64,000 nt of DNA from Syntrophales bacterium (GTDB lineage Bacteria > Desulfobacterota > Syntrophia > Syntrophales > UBA2210), in assembly GCA_963666365.2 (NCBI GenBank), contig CAXXNF010000001.1, positions 1,184,001 through 1,248,000 of the forward strand, read 5' to 3'. Every line of letters starts with the position of its first letter. The stretch's first letter is position 1. Shown here piece by piece: positions 28,053 through 36,908 of the stretch. The notes under the pieces were generated by a model, which was not told the DNA's origin, searched no databases, and saw only the letters and a list, made by a program, of their open reading frames with translations. The position numbers were made by a program, and so were the translations under genes.

Positions 28053-29377
28053 GCCTCAGCCCGGGAATGCTTATCATCATGCTCTTTGCCGGCCTGATTA
28101 TCGGTCTTGCGATGGGATTTCCCGTACCCTTCGTCATGCTCGGCGTTTCAATGGCCGTGGGAGTAGCGGGGACCGGAACGGCATATTTTCCCATGATGAT
28201 TCTCCGCATTTTCGATACCATGCAGAACTACATCCTGATCGCCATCGTGCTGTTTGTCTTCATGGGCATTATGCTGGAGCGGTCGGGCGCGGCGGAACGC
28301 ATGTTCTCGGCGGCCCATATTCTTCTGGGCGGTCTGCGCGGCGGTCTTGCCGTCGCCGTTGTGCTTGTCTGTACGATTATGGCGGCCGCGACGGGCATCA
28401 TGGGCGCCCCCGTGATCATTATGGGACTCTTTGCGCTGCCCGAAATGTTGAAACGCGGATACGATCCCACCCTCAGCTCCGGAACCATCTGTGCGGGAGG
28501 CACCCTGGGCATTCTCATACCGCCCAGCATCATGCTGGTTGTCTACGGGCCCATGGCCGGTCTTTCGGTAGGAAAACTCTTCATGGGCGCGGTCATTCCC
28601 GGCTTGGTCCTGGCAGCCCTCTATACTGTATATATTCTGGGAGTGTGTCGGCTGAACCCGGGAAAAGGACCGGCGCTGCCGCCGGAATTACGCAGAACCC
28701 CGGCAAGAGCGAAGATTTTCATGACCGTCACATCGCTCTTCCCGACGCTCATCCTTATCTTCTCCGTACTCGGAACGATTTTCTTCGGCATCGCGGCGCC
28801 TACGGAAGCGGCCGCCGTTGGGGCGGCGGCCAGTCTGCTTCTGGCGCTTGCCTATGGAACACTCACCTGGCAGACTCTCAGAGAGGCCCTGTACCGAACC
28901 GTGACCGTATCGAGTATGATCATGCTGATCGTGGCCGCCGCCTTCGTCTTCACGGGAACGTTCATGCTTGTGGGCGGCGGCGATCTGGTGAAGGAAGGGC
29001 TTATGGAGCTGCCCATAGGGCGCTGGGGCATCTTTCTCGTCATGGCTGCGGCCTTCTTTGCCTTCGGTCTCTTCATGGAGTGGGTCGGCATCGTGCCGAT
29101 CCTGGTGCCTATTTTCGCCCCCCTTATCATCGAACTGGACTTCAACCCCCTTTGGGCAGCTGTTATTTTTTGCGTGGTGATGCAGACATCCTTCCTGACG
29201 CCCCCCATGGCGCCGGCCCTCTTTTATCTCAAGGGGGTCGCCCCGGAGAACATCGGATTCGGACGTCATATTGTGAAGGGTGCGGTCCCCTTTATCGCAC
29301 TGCAGCTCATCGGCATCATGCTGCTGATCCTCTTTCCAGAGCTGATCCTGTGGCTCCCGGAAATGATGTTCCGATAA
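28049..29377 (+). CDS. dctM: TRAP transporter large permease
   Basis: LFVFMG..LERSG.AE, GGLA, P.ML.RGY, GTLGILIPPSI, PTEAAAVG, SFLTPP. ATGA overlap with dctQ. Confidence 0.93.
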   Translation: MSLSPGMLIIMLFAGLIIGLAMGFPVPFVMLGVSMAVGVAGTGTAYFPMMILRIFDTMQNYILIAIVLFVFMGIMLERSGAAERMFSAAHILLGGLRGGLAVAVVLVCTIMAAATGIMGAPVIIMGLFALPEMLKRGYDPTLSSGTICAGGTLGILIPPSIMLVVYGPMAGLSVGKLFMGAVIPGLVLAALYTVYILGVCRLNPGKGPALPPELRRTPARAKIFMTVTSLFPTLILIFSVLGTIFFGIAAPTEAAAVGAAASLLLALAYGTLTWQTLREALYRTVTVSSMIMLIVAAAFVFTGTFMLVGGGDLVKEGLMELPIGRWGIFLVMAAAFFAFGLFMEWVGIVPILVPIFAPLIIELDFNPLWAAVIFCVVMQTSFLTPPMAPALFYLKGVAPENIGFGRHIVKGAVPFIALQLIGIMLLILFPELILWLPEMMFR

Positions 29378-29460
29378 AATTCCATTATTGAACATTCACC
29401 ATCGTTATGAACGGCCTATTCAGCCGCCCGTTTTTTTTGCATCGGCTGAAGCAACGAGGC

Positions 29461-29527
29461 GGTAATATTACATTGACAATCATTACCATGCGCATTAGTA
29501 TTACCGTATTACCTACATATGAGAGGA
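29461..29527 (+). promoter_or_regulatory. Promoter/operator of the mazEF-like TA operon
   Basis: TTGACA(29473)-17 nt-TAGTAT(29496). ATTACC at 29482, 29500 and 29508 and its inverse GGTAAT at 29461. GAGGAG RBS follows. Confidence 0.65.
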
Positions 29528-29534
29528 GCACATC

Positions 29535-29765
29535 ATGCAAACAGTCATAAGCAAACTTACCACTAAGTATCAGGCTACTGTTCCTAAATCAGTGAGAAAA
29601 AAACTGAATCTCAATTCTGGCGACATCATTGCCTTTGACATCGATGGCGATATTATAAAACTCAGAAAAGCAACTCCCACGGATGTTGATTTTTTCAATG
29701 CCCTGGTTCCTACGCTCAATGAATGGAATTCAGAAAACGATGAGGATGCATACCATGACCTATGA
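29535..29765 (+). CDS. AbrB/MazE/SpoVT-family antitoxin
   Basis: SKLTTKYQATVPKSVRKKL.L..GD.I.F; acidic tail L.EW.SE.DE.AY.DL. Confidence 0.9.
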   Translation: MQTVISKLTTKYQATVPKSVRKKLNLNSGDIIAFDIDGDIIKLRKATPTDVDFFNALVPTLNEWNSENDEDAYHDL

Positions 29766-30096
29766 ACCGTTTGATGTGGTGATTGTGCCATTTCCATTCA
29801 CTGATGCAGCTCAGACAAAAAGAAGACCGGCCCTGGTACTGTCGCAAAATACGAATTTAGGAAATAAAATCGGGCACTCCATATTGGCCATGATTACAAG
29901 CCTGAAAAACGCTCCTTGGCCATTGGACTGCGAAATCAAGAGCAGAGACCAGTCGGGATTGACCGCACCTTCGGTTGTCAGGATGAAGCTATTTACCCTC
30001 GACAATAGGTTTATAATTAGAAAAATCGGACACTTATCTAAAGACGATCAAAAACAAGTTAAACAAAGCCTCTCACAAATTTTCGATTACCTGTGA
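29755..30096 (+). CDS. mazF: MazF/PemK-family endoribonuclease toxin
   Basis: DVVIVPFPFTD....KRRPALVLS, AMITS, GL..PSVVR.KL.T, IG.L; overlaps the antitoxin 3' end. Confidence 0.9.
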   Translation: MTYEPFDVVIVPFPFTDAAQTKRRPALVLSQNTNLGNKIGHSILAMITSLKNAPWPLDCEIKSRDQSGLTAPSVVRMKLFTLDNRFIIRKIGHLSKDDQKQVKQSLSQIFDYL

Positions 30097-30248
30097 TTTT
30101 AAAATCCAGCACGCCTTTCCCGAAATTGCGAAAGGTTGTTTTACATATCAGAGAAGATGGGGTATTAGTGTTTGATATCGGAGAGATCAAAGAGAATACG
30201 CGGGCCTTCGAACGCTGCGTGAAAGAGCCCCCGGGAGTCACAAGATAG

Positions 30249-31160
30249 ATGAACAAACTCGTGATGTTTTTTCTGTGCTGCGTCCCGCTTGCGGCGGGTA
30301 TGCTCGCATCCGGCGCCGACCGTGCATGGGCGGAGGGGACGGCTCGTTATTCAGTTACGATGGCGCCCCTTCATCAATTCAAGACAGACCTTGATCAGGG
30401 CGGATCCTATGAGATGTCGGGCTTTCTTCTTCATTCGTCGCTCACAGAGCCGATGAGCGCGCGCGTTGATGTCGGCGTCGCCCTGCGGTATGCCTACGAA
30501 GAGTACAGGTTCGAAAATCCTGTCTTTACCGGCCAGGCGCGACCCTGGTCGGAGGTTCATACCGTTCAGGGAGCGTTCTTCTATGTCCGCACTATGGATA
30601 ATGGCTGGCGCATGCGCCTTTCACCGTCCCTCCGCTTTTCCGGTGAATCAGGGGCAAAAACCAGTGACGCTGTTGCCTGGGGAGGTTCGCTGTCCTTTTC
30701 CCGCCTGGTGAAGCCCGGCTTGATGCTGGGAGCGGGGATCGCCTACGTTGACGATATCGACAGGCGATCGGTGCTTCCCATCGTGATGGTCCGGTGGGAT
30801 ATTACCGATCGTATGACGCTGGGGACGGCGCCCGGATCGGGTCCGGCAGGCCCTGCGGGAATGGAACTTACCTATAGGATTGACGACAAGTGGACCATGG
30901 GGACGGGCGCTGCCTGGCGTTCACAGAAATTCAGGCTTGACCGGCATGGATTTTTCTCCGATGGCGTGGCGCGATCCCGCTGTCTGCCGATCTGGGTGCG
31001 TGCATCCCGCTCCCTTACCGGCAATGTCAGTTTTGATTTCTACGGCGGCGCCCTGCTCGCGGGAAGTCTCCGCATTGATAATGCCGGCGGCAACCGAATC
31101 GCCGACGACGATTACGCAAGCGCGTTCTTCCTGTCGTGCATGCTGTCGGCGCGGTTTTGA
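30249..31160 (+). CDS. Putative outer-membrane beta-barrel protein (DUF6268-like)
   Basis: Signal peptide (AWA-E), alternating amphipathic beta-strands, LP...V.W motif, C-terminal ...LSARF. Confidence 0.6.
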   Translation: MNKLVMFFLCCVPLAAGMLASGADRAWAEGTARYSVTMAPLHQFKTDLDQGGSYEMSGFLLHSSLTEPMSARVDVGVALRYAYEEYRFENPVFTGQARPWSEVHTVQGAFFYVRTMDNGWRMRLSPSLRFSGESGAKTSDAVAWGGSLSFSRLVKPGLMLGAGIAYVDDIDRRSVLPIVMVRWDITDRMTLGTAPGSGPAGPAGMELTYRIDDKWTMGTGAAWRSQKFRLDRHGFFSDGVARSRCLPIWVRASRSLTGNVSFDFYGGALLAGSLRIDNAGGNRIADDDYASAFFLSCMLSARF

Positions 31161-31231
31161 GGGATAATTCGCAGGCAGTGATGGGGCAGTGAGGCTTTGC
31201 AGAACCTCATACTGCACACCGGTGATGCGTT

Positions 31232-31729
31232 ATGACCCGATTTTCAAGGCAGAAACAATTTATCGGACTTGTTGCATGGCTCCTGGTCGCCTACAGTGCC
31301 TCCGCCATCGGCGGTATCGCCTCGGTCAGCGCGGGGGAGTTGTACGCGCAGCTTGTTCGGCCGGCATGGACACCGCCGCCCTATGTCTTTGGCCCTGTGT
31401 GGATGACACTTTACACCCTCATGGGCATTGCATCCTGGCTGGTGTGGCGTGTCGGAGGATTTGCCGCGGCATCGAGCGCGCTTACCCTCTTTCTTCTACA
31501 GCTGGCGGCAAATGCCCTGTGGACATGGCTGTTTTTCCGATGGCGCCTCGGCGCGACGGCCTTTGCCGACGTACTGCTTCTCTTAGCCTTGATCATGGCA
31601 ACGATCGTCAGCTTCCGGCGCGTAAGCGCACCGGCAGGCATACTAATGATTCCCTATCTTTTGTGGGTAGCTTTTGCCTCAGTACTGACGTACAGCCTCT
31701 GGCACATGAACCCCCGGATTCTGGGCTAA
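31232..31729 (+). CDS. tspO: TspO/MBR tryptophan-rich sensory protein
   Basis: Y..L.RP.WTPP..VFGPVW..LY.LMG, QL..NALWT.LFF, PYL.WV.FA. Confidence 0.93.
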   Translation: MTRFSRQKQFIGLVAWLLVAYSASAIGGIASVSAGELYAQLVRPAWTPPPYVFGPVWMTLYTLMGIASWLVWRVGGFAAASSALTLFLLQLAANALWTWLFFRWRLGATAFADVLLLLALIMATIVSFRRVSAPAGILMIPYLLWVAFASVLTYSLWHMNPRILG

Positions 31730-32850
31730 TTCCGGGGACAGTACAGGCGCTTTTTCAGTTTCATGATTCTTGTATACGATTGGTCGATTCGTTCCGCCCG
31801 CACCCTCCCGCCATGGACCAGCTTCCTGATGATTGCACCGGCGCGGGTGGCGATGTCCTCTTCATAGACGGAGTTATTGCCGAAGATGAGGATATCGCAG
31901 CCGGCCGTGATGGCCCGTTCGATTGCCATTTCAAGGCCGTAGTGCAATCGTATCGCTCCCATCTGCATGTCGTCGGAAATGACCACCCCCTCATAGCCGA
32001 GATCCCGCCGCAGTATGCCCCCGATAATTGCGCGGGAAAGGGTGGCCGGCCAGCGGGGATCGAGATGTTCGTTTACGATATGGGCCGTCATCACCATATC
32101 GGCCTTCCCCGATCCTATGAGGGCCGCAAAGGGCTCCAGTTCGCGGGCCGACCAGGTGCGGGTCACATCAACGAATCCCCTGTGAGAATCAGCGGTGGAA
32201 CTTCCATGCCCGGGAAAATGCTTGATCGCCGAGAGCACCCCTCCGGCGTGGAAGGCGTCGATCATTGCCTCGGCATGGCGGATCACACAGGCGGGATCGG
32301 AAGAGAAACTCCGCTCGATCTTTCCGATTATCGGGTTTTCCGGATTGACATTGAGATCGACAACGGGCGCGAAATTCAGATTTATTCCCAGGTGTCGGAG
32401 CGTTTGAGCCGTAATTTCGGCAGCCTTTCCTGTCTCCTCGACGTTGTCGCGCCTTCCCAGGCACCCCTCAGAAATAGAGGGCGGAAAGCCGAACCGGTCC
32501 TTCAGGCGGCAGACCTTTCCCCCTTCCTGGTCGACAGCCACGAAGAGGGGGGCTGTTGAGGCTTCCTTCAGCGTACGCACCAGTTTTTCCACCTGCGCAG
32601 GAGAGGAGATGTTTCTCACGGGGCTTTTTGACGGCACGTCATAATCGAAAAGTACGACGCCGCCCACTCTCCCCGCACGAATATCCTGTACAATGGGACT
32701 TTCTTCATCGACTTCACACCCTCGAAATCCCACCATGAGCATCTGGCCGATTTTCCCATCGATGTCCACCCTTTCGGCGAGAACCGGCGATGGGGGAAAA
32801 AGGCAGGGCACAAAAATGCCGAGCAGCAAATAAATATATCGTATCGTCAT
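31726..32850 (-). CDS. nagZ: Glycoside hydrolase family 3, beta-N-acetylhexosaminidase (secreted)
   Basis: KIGQM...GF, VDQEGG.V.R, NFAPVVD, RSF, KHFPGHG....DSH, MTAH, SDDMQM. Confidence 0.88.
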   Translation of the reverse strand: MTIRYIYLLLGIFVPCLFPPSPVLAERVDIDGKIGQMLMVGFRGCEVDEESPIVQDIRAGRVGGVVLFDYDVPSKSPVRNISSPAQVEKLVRTLKEASTAPLFVAVDQEGGKVCRLKDRFGFPPSISEGCLGRRDNVEETGKAAEITAQTLRHLGINLNFAPVVDLNVNPENPIIGKIERSFSSDPACVIRHAEAMIDAFHAGGVLSAIKHFPGHGSSTADSHRGFVDVTRTWSARELEPFAALIGSGKADMVMTAHIVNEHLDPRWPATLSRAIIGGILRRDLGYEGVVISDDMQMGAIRLHYGLEMAIERAITAGCDILIFGNNSVYEEDIATRAGAIIRKLVHGGRVRAERIDQSYTRIMKLKKRLYCPRN

Positions 32851-32930
32851 GCACGTGTTCCTGTTCGGTAGATCATGGAAAAGGCATCACATTGTGCGTC
32901 ATTTATCGCGCCTGAAGGGAAAAGGATAGG

Positions 32931-35234
32931 CTATTTTTCCTTCATGACCCAGATGCCATTCCACTCGGCGCCGGTATCACGCTGCTTCAGTGTTTCGCAG
33001 CGCTTGATGTACATTTCCACCAATCCATCACGGCAATTCAGGCAGAGCGCCTCATTGAAGGCATCAATCGCCTTGTTCCAGGTCCCCTTCCGATAATACT
33101 CGAGACCGCTCTTGAACTGGCTCACCGCCTCCATGAGATTGGGAAAGCTTTCGTCGGTATGGTAATCGAGCACTTCATATATCGCCACCGGCTCGCTCTT
33201 CCCCTTGACGACAACCCGGTCGACCTCGCGGACACGATAGGTGCCGCGCAGTTTCTTGTAGGTGTTTTCACTGATGAGTATCTGCGCATGGTACTGCTTG
33301 CAGGCGCTTTCCAGTCGTGACGCCAGGTTTACGCCGTCGCCGATAAGGGTATAATCCATCCGCTTCGGCGATCCGATGTTTCCTGACACTACTGCATCCG
33401 TATTGAGGCCGACGCCTATGCGAACCTCCTTCTTTCCCTGGGAAAGCCGTTCGCGATTCCAGGCATCGAGATGGTTGATCATGGAAATGGCGGCCCGCAC
33501 GGCGCGGTCCTCATCGTCCCCGTGAGAAACAGGAATGCCGAAGGCAGCCATGATGGCATCACCGATAAATTTATCCAGCATACCGCCTTCCTGTTGAATG
33601 CACTCCACCATAATCGTGAAATACTCATTAAGAAGCGACACTGTCCCCTGGGCGCCCAGTTCCTCCGTCAGGTTGGTAAAACTCCGAATATCAGAAAAGA
33701 GAATGGTGGCCGTCTTGCTTGTGCCTCCCAGAATATCCTCGCCCCCCGCCAACAGCTGATCGGCAAGATCGGGATCCATGTAGCGTGACATGGTCGATTT
33801 CATCCGCTTTTCGCTGGTGATATCGTCAAATACGATCATGGAGCCGAGTTTCTTTTTTTCCGCACTCACAAGCGGCAGTACCGTCAGATTTACGGAAATG
33901 TTCTCACCGCCGAAGGCAAGCAGGGCATCCATGGTGACATCGGAGGTTTTACTCTCCTCGACACGGGTCACTTTTTCCAGAATCCAGGCATTGTTGCCGG
34001 CAAAAAACTCATCGGCCTTACGCCCGATAATATCAACCTCATGGACCTTCATGATCTTCATGCCCGCCGCATTGCAGGTGACGATTGCACCCTCTTCATT
34101 GAGGGTTACCACGCCGTTGGTCATGCTTTCGAGGATGCTTTCGCTGTAATTCTTCATATTCTGCACATCGTCGAAGAGCTTCGCGTTTTCGAGAGCGATC
34201 GAAATCTGTGCGGTAAACGCCTTGAGCCGGGCCTCATCTTCCTCAGTAAAGGGGCCGCCGATTTTGTTCAACACCTGGGTCACGCCGATTGTTTTTCCGC
34301 TTTTGTTGACTACCGGCACGCATAGAATTGAACGGGTAAAAAACCCCGTCTGTCTGTCGAATGACGGGTTGAATCGAAGATCGGCATAGGCATGGGGGAT
34401 ATTAACTGTTTTTCCCGAGGTAAAAACAGTCCCCGCAATACCCAGGTGATTGGGAAACCGAATCTCCGTGGCGCCCAACCCTTCACCCACCTTTGAAAAG
34501 AGTTCCTTTTTCTTTTCGTCATTGAGAAAGAGTGTGGACCGGTCCGCCTTGAGCATGCGCGTCGCCTCCGACATAACTTTCTGCAGAATCGCACTGAGAT
34601 CGATTTCCGAAATCACGTCGGCGACAATATCGAAAAACTCCATTTCCTGCAGGCGTGCACGCTGCATCTGCTCCACGAACTGCGTGCTCTGGAGGGTCAC
34701 CGCCGCCTGCGTCGTCATTGCCTCGAGCAATGCAAGATCGTGCGCGGTAAAACGACCCGTTTTTTTATTTAGAGCCTGTGCAACACCGATAATCTCTCCC
34801 TTGGCCGTCTTGATGGGAGCGCAAAGAATCGATCGTGTCACAAAACCGGTTTGTTCGTCGACAGTGCTGTTGAACCGGGGATCGGCATAGGCATTGTGGA
34901 CGATCGTTCCTACGCCGGAGACAAAGACATCACCGGCGACTCCGGAGTTATTGAGAATTCGGATTTCCCGTTTGAATGATCCCTGGGCCACACGAGAGTA
35001 CAGTTCGTCCGTTTCTTTATCATTTAAAAAAATGGTGCCGCGCTCTGCGTCAAGTTCCCGCGTAGTTATCTCAACCAGCGTTTTGAGCATTTCATCGAGG
35101 GTTTCAAAGGCGGAGATCGTTTTCGACACAGTGAGCAGCATCTCCGCCTGATGCAGCTTTATGCCCATCCCCTCCGGCGCCGCGTCGTCCTGGGGACCGG
35201 AAACCGCCACGTTATGCCTGTCAGCCTCTTTCAT
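32931..35234 (-). CDS. Soluble class III adenylate cyclase, GAF-GAF-PAS-CYC (CyaB-like)
   Basis: Two GAF domains (DAY/HAY.D.RFN...D..TGF.TRSILC.P...NK), PAS, LFSDIRSFT, LDKFIGDAIMA.FG, MDYTLIGDGVNLASRLE. Confidence 0.93.
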   Translation of the reverse strand: MKEADRHNVAVSGPQDDAAPEGMGIKLHQAEMLLTVSKTISAFETLDEMLKTLVEITTRELDAERGTIFLNDKETDELYSRVAQGSFKREIRILNNSGVAGDVFVSGVGTIVHNAYADPRFNSTVDEQTGFVTRSILCAPIKTAKGEIIGVAQALNKKTGRFTAHDLALLEAMTTQAAVTLQSTQFVEQMQRARLQEMEFFDIVADVISEIDLSAILQKVMSEATRMLKADRSTLFLNDEKKKELFSKVGEGLGATEIRFPNHLGIAGTVFTSGKTVNIPHAYADLRFNPSFDRQTGFFTRSILCVPVVNKSGKTIGVTQVLNKIGGPFTEEDEARLKAFTAQISIALENAKLFDDVQNMKNYSESILESMTNGVVTLNEEGAIVTCNAAGMKIMKVHEVDIIGRKADEFFAGNNAWILEKVTRVEESKTSDVTMDALLAFGGENISVNLTVLPLVSAEKKKLGSMIVFDDITSEKRMKSTMSRYMDPDLADQLLAGGEDILGGTSKTATILFSDIRSFTNLTEELGAQGTVSLLNEYFTIMVECIQQEGGMLDKFIGDAIMAAFGIPVSHGDDEDRAVRAAISMINHLDAWNRERLSQGKKEVRIGVGLNTDAVVSGNIGSPKRMDYTLIGDGVNLASRLESACKQYHAQILISENTYKKLRGTYRVREVDRVVVKGKSEPVAIYEVLDYHTDESFPNLMEAVSQFKSGLEYYRKGTWNKAIDAFNEALCLNCRDGLVEMYIKRCETLKQRDTGAEWNGIWVMKEK

Positions 35235-35664
35235 GAATTTCCTCTAATTTCATTCGCATCTGCTGAATAGTTTCCTTCAGATGTTCACATTCGCTCCGTG
35301 CATCCCGCCTGAAGGCCTGAACGCGCTCATCGCAGTCGGCTCTGGTACGTTCAAGTTCGGCTCGAAGCGCCATAATTGTGTCTTTCAGTTGCTCGATTTC
35401 GGCATTTGCCGCCACCACTGCTTTTTGCACACTCTCGGCCTTTTCAATAGAGGCCTTTTCCAGCTCTTCGCGCAATGACACGATGGCCGCTTTCAGTTGG
35501 GAAATTTCACTATTCGCACCTGCAAGGGCGCGCTGAACCGCCTCTTCGCGGGCAATCTGCATCTTTTCCAGTTCGCTGCGCAGGGCCTGAATCGTCTGTT
35601 GCAGGTCTCGTTTTTCGGTATGCAGCTCATAGAGCTCTGCTTCCCGTTCTTCCGAAGATTTCAT
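35221..35664 (-). CDS. Coiled-coil protein with 36-aa tandem repeats, overlapping the cyclase start
   Basis: All-helical composition; repeats of E...L...I..LR.ELE; 14-nt overlap with the downstream cyclase. Confidence 0.75.
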   Translation of the reverse strand: MKSSEEREAELYELHTEKRDLQQTIQALRSELEKMQIAREEAVQRALAGANSEISQLKAAIVSLREELEKASIEKAESVQKAVVAANAEIEQLKDTIMALRAELERTRADCDERVQAFRRDARSECEHLKETIQQMRMKLEEIHERG

Positions 35665-35822
35665 GCTATCCGCACCCTCGCGCGTACATCCAAAGCCCCC
35701 ATGTCATGATGCCGCGCCTCATTAATAGGGGCAGTCTAAAACAGTTTTGATCTCCTGTCAAAGCGATACCCATGGACGTATATATTCCGGAGATGTGCAC
35801 TCTTCAGGAGACGCTCCGCTTT

Positions 35823-36908
35823 TCACCCTCGGTATCGCCGCACCTTCATCTCGCCGTTCAGAACCCCGAGGGCGCTCATCGCCAGCGCACGCATCTCGTC
35901 TTCGCCGGCAAAGACAAAAAGGGGAGCGATAAAGCGTGTGTCGCCAGTGATCCATCGCAGAAGCATCCTTGAGCGGGCCAACCCTCCCGTCAGCACAATG
36001 CCGTCCACCTTCCCCCTGAGCACCACGCTCATAGCGCCGATATATTTGCCTATCTGATAGGCCATGGCACGATAGACCAGGCGGGCCTTTCGATCGCCCG
36101 CCTGTATCATTGCTTCCACCGTCTCTGCCGACGCCGTTCCGCAATAGGACACCAGGCCGCCGGCGCCGACAACCATCCTTTTCAGCGCCTCTTTATCGAA
36201 TCGATCCGATGAAAGCAGTTCTATTACCTCAAGCACAGGAAGCCCACCGGCACGCTCCGGAGTAAAGGGGCCTTCGCTGAGACCGTGGGTGCTGTCGATC
36301 ACACGCCCCTTTCGATGAGCGCCCACGGTAATGCCGCCGCCCAGGTGAGCGACCACAAGATTGACTTCTTCATATTTTCGGCCCAGCCGCACCGCCGCTT
36401 TTCGTGCCGCCGCTTTCTGGTTCAACGCATGAAGGGCGCTCTTTCGTTCGATATCCCTCAATCCCGATATGCGCGCCACCGGTTGAAATTCATCGGTGCT
36501 TGGGGGGTCGGCGACAATCGCACCTACCCCCCGGCTTCGGGCAAAGGCCAGGGCTATGGGCGGCCCCAGGGCCGACTGATGAACTCCATAACGCCCCTCG
36601 CGCAAATCATTACACATTCTTTCATTAATCTCATACACCCCTGCCGGCCCGGGACGCATCAGCCCTCCCCTGCTGATCACAATATCGATCCTGTGGCCGT
36701 CGCGCTCCTGCCTATGGGCAAAGCGCAGGAAATCCTTCCTTCGTCTTTCAAACTCCTCCTGCGGCCCGCACTGGCAGTTCCTCTCGGTAGACCTGTAGTA
36801 AAGTGATTCCTCTGCGATCCGCTTCATACCCTTGAAAAATGAAAGCTTCGTCGACGTCGATCCTATATTGAGGACAAGAATCCCTGCGTCAGTTTTTCGT
36901 GGTTTCAT
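35823..36908 (-). CDS. buk: Butyrate kinase
   Basis: LN.GSTSTK, RGG.M.P, HALNQKA, AHLGGGITVGAH, EGPFTPERAG, LTGGLA, GEDEM. Confidence 0.92.
   Translation of the reverse strand: MKPRKTDAGILVLNIGSTSTKLSFFKGMKRIAEESLYYRSTERNCQCGPQEEFERRRKDFLRFAHRQERDGHRIDIVISRGGLMRPGPAGVYEINERMCNDLREGRYGVHQSALGPPIALAFARSRGVGAIVADPPSTDEFQPVARISGLRDIERKSALHALNQKAAARKAAVRLGRKYEEVNLVVAHLGGGITVGAHRKGRVIDSTHGLSEGPFTPERAGGLPVLEVIELLSSDRFDKEALKRMVVGAGGLVSYCGTASAETVEAMIQAGDRKARLVYRAMAYQIGKYIGAMSVVLRGKVDGIVLTGGLARSRMLLRWITGDTRFIAPLFVFAGEDEMRALAMSALGVLNGEMKVRRYRG

Noticed and set aside
31189..32559. 456-aa plus-strand ORF
   Set aside because: It overlaps tspO in another frame and nagZ antisense and has no recognisable motifs, so it is a shadow ORF.
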